64,000 nucleotides of DNA. It comes from Octopus vulgaris. Its lineage: Eukaryota. The DNA is taken from assembly GCA_951406725.2 (NCBI GenBank), contig OX597830.1, positions 4,712,001 through 4,776,000 of the forward strand. The letters are read 5' to 3'. Both the position numbers and the translations under genes were made by a program. A model generated the notes under the pieces. That model ran no database searches. It had not been told where the DNA came from and saw only the letters and a program-made list of their open reading frames with translations. Shown here piece after piece: positions 54,897-64,000 of this stretch (positions are counted from its first letter, which is position 1; each line of letters starts with the position of its first letter).

Positions 54897-55076
54897 CATA
54901 CATGTACATACACATACATATATATAAATATATATACACATATATATATACACATCTACATATATATAAATATATATATATACACACAGGCACATATATA
55001 TCTAAATATATGTATATATATATACATACTTACATACACACACATATATAAACACACATGCATACATATATATATA
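54748..55076. repeat. Compound TA/CA microsatellite
   Basis: Directly visible. Confidence 0.95.
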
Positions 55077-55665
55077 ATGGAATTAATTGTTAATCAAGAA
55101 CAGAGATCAGTTAAGTACCACAGAATCGCAATTTTGTGCAGCAAATTCATTAAATTAATAAATTTCTCTCCTTCCAGACCAACTTTAAGAAACACAATTT
55201 ATAGATTTGTAGGAATTTCTTTTTAAGCTCTAAACTTGGCATCAGCTGGAAATCACAGCTCAACCATTTGTTTGAATCAGAAAGGATATGTGGTGGACAT
55301 TGAACAATTAAGACTGTATGTTTGTATATTTTGTGGCTAAGGCACACTGGACACGATGGCAAGATGGCCCCTAAACAAATTTAGAGACTGAGAAGTGTGT
55401 GGACATACCCTAGTTCATTCACATAAACCTGTCACTTGCCTGTTGGGTAACAACAATACAGCAGGATACAAACTGATCACATGATAAATGAAATGGCAGA
55501 AGGCAATAGGGAAATACTACCGTAACTTCTCCGCAAAAATCGTTAGTTGTCAGACTTTGAAACATGGAAATCCATGGTTAGAAGATATTTGTACTTCTAG
55601 TATAGAGGAATGATGGCATATGTCTTGCTTAAGTTCTTTCTCAAAACTTTAAATTTTGAATTCAA

Positions 55666-55960
55666 CTTTTGGATTTGGTTTGCAAGATTCTTTATATGAG
55701 TTCGTGTGTTGAAGCATATTCTGTTGTGTCTGGTGAGAGTCATTCTCTTTTAGTGCCTTATTATTTAACACACTCACCGGTAAAATTTCCACTTATTTCT
55801 TATTTTTATTTTCTAAAATTTTCGTTGCGTCTTGCAACCTTTTCAGTAGTCTTGACTCTCTTTAGAAAATAAAAATAAGAAATAAGTGGAAATTTTACCG
55901 GTGAATGTGTTAAATAATAAGGCACTAAAAGAGAATGACTCTCCCCAGACACAACAGAAT
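55666..55960 (-). mobile_element. Insertion with a 100-bp inverted repeat (probable PLE inverted pseudo-LTR)
   Basis: Arms 55718-55817 and 55861-55960 are 98/100 complementary; tttgaattcaa is repeated at 55655-55665 and 55960-55970. Confidence 0.6.
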
Positions 55961-56217
55961 TTGAATTCAATGTTTCATTAAAATTTACACACCAAATATT
56001 AAGATATGAAGGTGAAGGGCATTTTATCATAAAATTTTGGTGAATTTGTGAGTATTAGAGTAACAAGTCAAACTTAATGATATTTGTAACAGATTCAATA
56101 AAGGAAAATATATCTAATAAATGACAGAAATAAATATTTGGAAGATAAAGAATAAAACCCAGCATGTGCATAAATTATATACATGCATTATAATCATTAT
56201 CAATAAACATGTATAAA

Positions 56218-56590
56218 CAGGTGTAGAAGTGGCTGTGCGGTAAATAGCTGGCTTACCAACTACATGGTTCCAGGTTCAGGTACCTTGGGCAAGTGTCTTC
56301 TACTATAGCTTTGTGAGTGGATTTGGTAGACGGAAACTAAAAGAAGCCTGACGTATATATGTTTTTATGTGTGTGTGTGTGTATGTGTGTGTGTGTGTGT
56401 GTGTGTATTTGTGTGTCTGTGTTTGTCCCCCCAACTGATGCTGGTGTGTTTATGTCCTCGTAACTTAGCAATTCAGCAACAGAATAAGTACTAGGCTTAC
56501 AAAGAATAAGTTCTGGGGTTGATTTGCTAGACTAAAGGCAGTGCTCCAGCATGGCCACAGTCAAATGACTGAAACAAGTAAAAGAGTAAA
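56218..56590 (+). mobile_element. CORE-type SINE (family A)
   Basis: gtggctgtgcggtaaatagctggcttacc...accttgggcaagtgtctt...gctccagcatggccacagtcaaatgactgaaacaagtaaaagagtaaa. Confidence 0.85.
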
Positions 56591-59271
56591 AAAAAAATGA
56601 CTATGGAATGGTTCTCAGAAAGAGCTGCTTGGTACCTGAGTCTAAAGCAGATGACTGAATGCTTGGCTACAGTTTGAGTGTAAATTTTCACGTTTATATT
56701 TAAGTTTTGCCATGGAACTTGTCTGTAAGGTTTTCTACATCATTTCATTTAGCCTTTATTGAATTTATTCTCATCAGCTAAGAATTCCTTAATGTTCTTA
56801 TAAGCATTGTTATCAAATCTACTTTCAATATTCCAGTTTATTGGAAGGAACCTCTTCCTTGAATGCAATAATTAAAATAAATTAAAACTCATTCTATGTG
56901 TATCATGCACACACACACATCCCAATCTTCAATTCCCATTTCCAATGTATGTTGTTACATGAATAGTTAGAAGACATATAACATTCTGTTTCACCATTAC
57001 CATAATACAACAAAGATGACAGATGATTGATGTCAATAATGACAGATGATTGATGTCAACTCATTAATGTGAATCGATATTTAAAAAACATATTTTGAAA
57101 TTTTTGTTTTCCCCTCTGGTACTTTGACCAACTCCATTTATGTTTAGGACTTATTGGATTTGGAATGCTGTCTTTTGCATGATGTTGAGTAGATGGCACT
57201 TCCTTTTAATAGTGACATTTTTCCTTAGGTACCATTTAAACACTGGGGTCACTGTCTTGTCACCTTCTGCCACCTGGCAAAACTGCTGGCCTGGAACCAA
57301 AATTAGAAAGAAATATTTTTATTGAAATGACAGGTTTTTACTTGATACATCCTTTTGCAACTTTTATACTTCATCCTCGATTCCAACCAAAATATTTCTC
57401 CTACAGACAAAGTGCAATACTTCAGCAGCAGCTATTCCAGTATTCAATGTTTGGTTAATTTGATCCTCTAAATATATATTCATTCACTGAGATCAGGAAT
57501 TTGTTGTATATAAAATCAGTTTTGTATGTAAACTGGAGTCATTTGAAATTTATTTCAATGTAATCAGCATTGATTCAACTGCTTTGTGAAAAAAATTCCT
57601 TTATGTTTGTTTTTCTCACAGTATTTCTCTGACTATTTTAAGTATTATATCAACAATTCCTTCCTGGACTTAAGAAACAACAACAGCAACAACAGAATTA
57701 TTGATTATTTTACAATTTACACATTCTGTAATTTTAACTTTATGAATAATTCTATAACACATTACCCATCAACTGATAACATTACTAAGAGATAAGCAAG
57801 GTTAGCCAATATCTATCATTGCTCTAATTTGTTTTTCCTATCTTCATTATCTTTCACTTCTGTTTTGTCTCTTTTCTTTCTCTCTCATTGCATCTCATAA
57901 GAGGATTTTGTCATTATAATATTTTCAGACTACTTCAGTTACTCAATAACAGTCTCGGATTCTTTGTGCTTTTATTGCACAAATAGTCTTTTGGAATTTT
58001 TTTAGTCTTAGAAATTTTAAACTGTAAAATCTTGATAAAGGCAAGTAGCTGCTGACAGTGAACAACAAGTAAAAAAAATGACTTGAAATGTCACCATAGC
58101 TTAGTAACAACCTCTAGACTATTCTTTAAGTTAACAAATAACTTAAGATCTAATTTTAATTCAACACACATACACACACACACAAATACATAAAACTTGT
58201 TCCATTCATTTTTTGAACAGGAAATGATTTTAGGTTCCATTAGGTCCATCTCACCTCCATAAGATGTTATTGCAAATGGGCAATTACCTTCCACATTTTC
58301 TGGTTTGAATTTTATACATCACAAGATACTTTAATCTAAACAAATTATGTAGAATTGGCTTAGGTTTTTTAATCTTTGGTGTGTTTACTTGGTTTTTCTG
58401 CCATATGCTCAACATAGCTAATGGTGACCATTAATTTTTCAGATTTTCTTTTTTTTTTGTGAACTATTGATTTTTATGGCTGGAACACTATGATATGTAT
58501 GATACCTGGAATGATCCATGCATGCACAGTGTTGGATTTAAACCAGGTGAGGTTCTAAGCTATATATAGTATAGAAGGGTCCTTATTTAAAAAAATCACA
58601 CCAGCAGTTCTCATGGAACATATAAGCTTCTAATTAATTTGAACCTCTTGTGCATAATGAAGCCCTAATCTGTAGCCAACACTGCTACAATAAAATACGT
58701 GTCACAATTAATTTAAAGGTGACCAGCTGGTTTAACAGAATATGAAGAGAAACAATTCATAAATTGTTACTCAATGATACTCCAAGGAATTACCAACAGT
58801 ATTTCAGTCATTAGGTCTCCATGCTATCCAAATAGCTAGTGTTTAAACTGTCCTTGATTTTGTACCACAACACGGATGATTGCTGTACACTTCAGTGTAT
58901 AGTGAGATGTTTATCTTCCATAAAAACCAAAGACAAAGGAAGTTAAGGCAATTCTAAATAACTTCCATAGATTCACGTATTGTGTGATATACAAAATTCA
59001 AATCGTAGTGTAAATATGTTAAGACTGTATTAATCATCATCGCTTTATCCCGCTTCCTCGATAAACTGTTTGGTCCAAATATGGGTCAGACAGAATTTAT
59101 GGATGAATAATTTTATAGCTGGCTGCCCTCCATGTTGCCAACCTTCACTTGTATCCAAGTAAGGTGATATTTCCCCCAATGGCCAGGTACATTTTCATGC
59201 AAGACTGGAACCAGATGGCACCACTTGTATGGAGTTGCTTGTTTCCAACTCTCGTTCAATATCAAGTGAAA

Positions 59272-59306
<35 letters not shown>

Positions 59307-59529
59307 AGGCATTATTCAGTTTTCAATGACCAAATCCAAGGCTAGAATAAAAGAAGACACTTGCCAATGGTGCCACACTGTAGGACCAAACCAGAAACTG
59401 TGTGGTTAGAAGCAAACTTCTTAAACTCTTCCTTAGTTCCAGTAGACTGGCAACTTGTCAACAGACAACTTACCTCCTTCACCTCCTTCCCTCATCTTGC
59501 TGGCCTTGTACTAAAATGTGAAATCATCA

Positions 59530-60126
59530 ACATTATTATTCTTTTCTACTCTGGGCACAAGGCCCGAAATTTTTAGGGAGTGGGGTGGGTAGTCGATTCG
59601 ATCAATCCCAGTACGCAACTGGTATTTATTTAATCAACCCCGAAAAGATGAAAGACAAAGTAGACCTCAGCAGAATTTGAACTCAGAACGTAAAGTCAGA
59701 TGAAATACCTATTTCTTTACTAGCAACAAGGGGCTAAACATAGAGAGGACAAACAAGGACAGACAAATGGATTAAGTCGATTATATCGACCCCAATGCGT
59801 AACTGGTATTTATTTAATCGACCCCGAAAGGATGAAAGACAAAGTCAACCTCAGCTGAATTTGAACTCAGAACGTAAAGTCAGATGAAATACCTATTTCT
59901 TTACTACACACAGGGAGCTAAACACAGAGGGAACAAACAAGGACAGGCAAATGGATTAAGTCGATTATATCGACCCCAGTGCGTAACTCGTATTTATTTA
60001 ATCAACCTCGAAAGGATGAAAGACAAAGTCGACCTTGACGGAATTCGAACTCACAACGTAACGCAGATGAAATACCACTAAGCATTTCACCCAGCATACA
60101 AACGTTTCTGTCAGCTCGCCACCTTA
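59530..60126 (-). mobile_element. SINE family B with internal 184-bp tandem triplication
   Basis: Head aaggtggcgagctgacagaa at 60126; agtcgat units start at 59591, 59775 and 59959; tail agtagaaaagaataataat. Confidence 0.85.
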
Positions 60127-60160
<34 letters not shown>

Positions 60161-60789
60161 AGCGATGGACTGGTCAAATCATTAAAGTATAGTCCAATCA
60201 GCGAATTGCTTGTCGATGAATTGTCTGCACACGGTTCCTTACATCCAAGCAACATTCTGAGAACACGGAACTAACTAGAACGATTATTTTCCAACATTTA
60301 CACAAATAAGATACATTTCATAAATCTGGGCATTTCGTGCTGGAATAAATGGTTTAATACCTTGGCATTCCCTTTACTGTTTTACACCCAAGAAGAATCT
60401 GTTATTCGAGAACATAAACACATAAAGCACGACAAGCCATGATTGTGGCCATCAGGCACAGGTCAACAGGCCACAATCGTGGCCTAGATAGATGCATTTA
60501 ATTTACAGATGTTTGTTGGGGTCTAAAGTCACTCAAACACTCCAATACCCCTCGACTAATAGTTCAACTAATGACTTTTCAGATGATGTAAAACTTGCCA
60601 CCATTATACACTAAAAAGATATTTTAACTATTTTTTGATTTTTAAGTGCGCATGGTAGTCTCATAAAATATCCTCATCAGTCCATGCTATGTAAGCGCAA
60701 ATCTCAGTGCTTTACGGATGAAGACAAGTACAGTCTGGCCACAAGAAGCAATGTAGTGGATATATTAGTAAAGTTATAATAATTATAAT

Positions 60790-61096
60790 GTGGTGGCGCA
60801 ATGGCCAAGTGGTTAGGGCAGCAGACTCGGGGTCGTAGGATCGTGGTTTCGATTCCCAGACCGGGCATTGTGAGTGTTTATTGAGCGAAAACACCGAAAA
60901 AAAAAGCTCCACGAGGCTCCAGCAGGGGGGGTGGTGATCCCTGCTGTACTCTTTCACCACTCTTTCTCCCACTCTTTCTTCTGTTGGCCTGCTCCCTTAG
61001 CCAGCAGGGTGGCATCATTCGAAGGCTAAAACAATGCGAAGCGCATTGTGACCAGCGATGTGTAGCAACATCTGATGGCCTGGTCAGTCACGTGAT
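60790..61096 (+). mobile_element. tRNA-derived SINE (family D), young copy
   Basis: ggcgcaatggccaagtggttagggcagc (A box)...ggtttcgattccc (B box); CpG-rich; ends ggtcagtcacgtgata. Confidence 0.8.
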
Positions 61097-61204
61097 AATT
61101 AATATAATAGGGTCAGTGGCACATAAAATGGTTAAGAATGTATTTACTGACTCATATTTGTCCATTAAGTATTGAAAGTTAAAACATATCAGTGTGTCTA
61201 TATG

Positions 61205-61251
<47 letters not shown>

Positions 61252-62349
61252 TTTTTTTTTAAACATTTGTTAGAAATTACCAGATTGGTAAACAGTTTCA
61301 GGTGGCTAGAAAATGATTTAAACTCAGGCGAAAAAATGAATGTTATGCTTATCAGTTGAATATGCCAACATTTTGAAACATCAAATATCCCCGAAGAAAA
61401 AAACAAGAATATGGAATTCTGCCAAATAGAGAGTTTGGCAATATGATGCCATTGAGTTAAAATATCCCTCATTTTTGTCAGTAAGCTCATGCCTTGAGTA
61501 ACTGTTGTTCCTTGTCCTCACCTGCTCCATCTTGATTGACAATATCTTCTGGCTTCTCTCCTCAAATGTCCCACTATCAAACATGGTTCCACTCCTATTT
61601 TAGCAAGTGACAGCAGAAAGCCTCAAACTCTTTCAGTGTTGAAATTAATTGATTGAAACTATTTACTGGAAGGAATTATTAATCCAACAGTGGAGTAGAA
61701 AATTCTTTCTCAAACCTCATCCCTCTTAATCAGTTAAATACTGCTAAGATGTCTACAAGTGTCATAAAAAGGTTAATTTCTTCATTTTACTTGGGAAATC
61801 TAACTTTGTCTTGAGTCATCTAACCCAGTGTTTCTCAGGGAAGCAGGTGGAACAGTGCTTATTAGAAGGAATACGGTAAACATATTGCCTCACATGATTT
61901 TTAAGCTTTATCCAACATCAAGAACAAAGAATTATTTGGAAGGCAATTCTATTTTGCTCTCATTCCTAAGTAAAAAGTGTGAGAAAGACTGGTATTTGGC
62001 AGTTTAAGGACCTCTGATCTAACTATTCTTCAGTTTTTCTTGGTCTAGTCTAGTGGATAATCTGTTTTTTTTTTAATTTTATTTTTATCTGTCATAAGGG
62101 ATATTAAGGCTGTCTGATGAAGCTGACATACTCTGAAAGTTCAAAGCTACTGAGTTACTACATTCATATATATATATATATATAAATTAGAAAAAAAGCA
62201 CCTTTTATCAATTCAAAAGGAACAATTAAATTACACCATCTAAAAATTACATATAATAGAAATAATAAAATTAAAATAACAATCATATACTGATGATTAA
62301 GTAAACTGCAAAATAATAATAATTATTATATATATATACAGAAACAATA

Positions 62350-62760
62350 TTTATAAAATACTGTATTAGTTTATTGCTTAAAAGAAAATGGGAACTTCTT
62401 GATATTTTGGGCATTAGTCCTTCGTCTGAAGGAAGAGAGAAGCATAGAGGGAGTAAGAAAGAAAAAGTTGGGTGAAAGATCAGGCGCTAAGTGGGAATGT
62501 GGTTCAACGGAAAGAAGAGGGTAGGTGTGTATACGCAAGTGTAACAGTGTAGAGACATGCATATATAGGTGGAGGCAGTTGTATGTGTAGAAATATAGTG
62601 GCATTGGTGCATGGGGATATGATGTGTTGGTGTGTGTGTGTGTGAGGAAAGCATGGCAGCAAGGAAGTGGGAAAAGTTGTAAGTATGAGACAAATGGGAA
62701 AAGGATGAGGAATGTGGATTGTATGAGAGAAATGTGTGCAACGGTATGGGTGTGAGATGC
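62350..62760 (-). mobile_element. Penelope-like element 3' tail with fossil HHR
   Basis: C/T-rich tail on the minus strand leading to CAGACGA-AGGAC-TAAT-GCCC-AAAAT-ATC at 62395-62436. Confidence 0.5.
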
Positions 62761-63109
62761 TGTTACATGGAAGGAAGGGACAAAAGAAATGAAAGTGAAA
62801 GAAAAGTTCAGAGGAAGAAGAGAAATCAGAGAGAAATTAATTACAATATTTATGACTGGCTAAAAAAAGAAAGAGTGAGAAATATTATGAGGCCTGTGAG
62901 AGAGGAAATATGTAGGAGAATGATGAATAGGATAAATACTGAATAATGAATGACATAATTGTTCTACAGAATATATAAATGAACATCACATAAATCGAAT
63001 ATCTAAAGATGATGAATAATGTTTAAAGCCTTTAACGATGTCTACTTTGCATATCATTGAAGCTAATTTTTATGTTAGATAGTTGCGTGATAACCATTTG
63101 ATGTGGAGT

Positions 63110-63270
<161 letters not shown>

Positions 63271-63343
63271 CTTTGCATATCATTGAAAGTGCTTCATTTG
63301 CCAGATACAATCCTAGATTGATAGCCAATTGCTAATTCCATTA

Positions 63344-63384
<41 letters not shown>

Positions 63385-63410
63385 GTTAAATGCGATACAA
63401 TAAAATTAAT

Positions 63411-63463
<53 letters not shown>

Positions 63464-63468
<5 letters not shown>

Positions 63469-63600
63469 TCAGTCAAGCTTATAATCGTGAGGTTGTGAGT
63501 TCAGTTCCCAGACCAGGCTGTGTGTTGTATTCTTGAGCAAGGCACTTTATTTCACATTGCTCCAGTTCATTCAGCTGTAGAAATGAGTTGTGATCTCCCT
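63464..63600 (+). mobile_element. CORE-type SINE (family C) head, truncated
   Basis: atggctcagt...gagttcagttcccagacc...tcttgagcaaggcactttatttcacattgctccag, as at 31435. Confidence 0.7.
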
Positions 63601-63917
63601 GGTTCCAACATACACACATATATATAAATAAAATCAAAATAAGTAGACACAGAACGACTTTAACACATCTTTAATGATCAGTTACAATTGTTTCTACACC
63701 AACTCTGCTTGCAACGCCAGACCACACTAAAGTTCTGAGTGAAAAGAGTACTGAAAAAGTGCCACCCTAATGATTATAACCACAAATACTATGTAAATTT
63801 TCCCCTTGAACTTTTTGCATAAACAGATGTTGAAAGCAGACTTGGTGCAGAAACAACTGATAGTTGAAGATGTGTTCAAGTTCTCTTTGTTTTCTTATTT
63901 CAATTCTATTTTACTCC

Positions 63918-63948
<31 letters not shown>

Positions 63949-64000
63949 CACACACATACATATATATATACACATATATATATATATACATATATATTTG

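Noticed and set aside
59591-60080. Regularly spaced repeats suggestive of a CRISPR array
   Set aside because: Whole 184-bp units are repeated with no unique spacers; SINE-derived in a eukaryotic context
60795-60866. tRNA-like sequence with A and B boxes
   Set aside because: No proper acceptor stem or terminator; it continues into a SINE body
61522-61594. 73-nt minus-strand exon-like segment (aaatAG...CAG|GTGAGG)
   Set aside because: Weak acceptor, unrecognisable peptide, no partner exons
62109-62149. CTGATGA-AG...CT-GAAAG-TTC hammerhead-like motif
   Set aside because: Stem II only 2 bp, stem III neither closable nor palindromic, stem I mismatched; indistinguishable from chance

Overview
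This window is AT-rich eukaryotic, almost certainly animal, genomic DNA. The SINE and LINE-tail families and the dense (TA)n/(CA)n/(GA)n microsatellites look like an octopod cephalopod genome; this is inferred from repeat recognition, not from a database search. I recognise no intact host protein-coding gene, so the window reads as intron or intergenic sequence. Nearly all supplied ORFs are microsatellite read-throughs (YI, VC, HT repeats) or decayed transposon fragments. Supported content includes many tRNA-derived SINEs, RTE and CR1-group LINE fragments, a Penelope-like (PLE) GIY-YIG fragment, DD37D Tc1/mariner and hAT transposase fossils, and mariner and piggyBac-type MITEs. The most notable signal is about ten complete, partial or decayed minimal hammerhead-ribozyme (HHR) motifs, mostly in PLE-type tails. 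There is also a 100-bp, 98%-identical inverted repeat flanked by a TSD-like duplication, with an HHR-variant core in its loop. Weaker signals are tandemly duplicated homeodomain-type motifs and one candidate terminal exon. I cannot support a claim of a wholly new system; the HHR/PLE material extends a known phenomenon.
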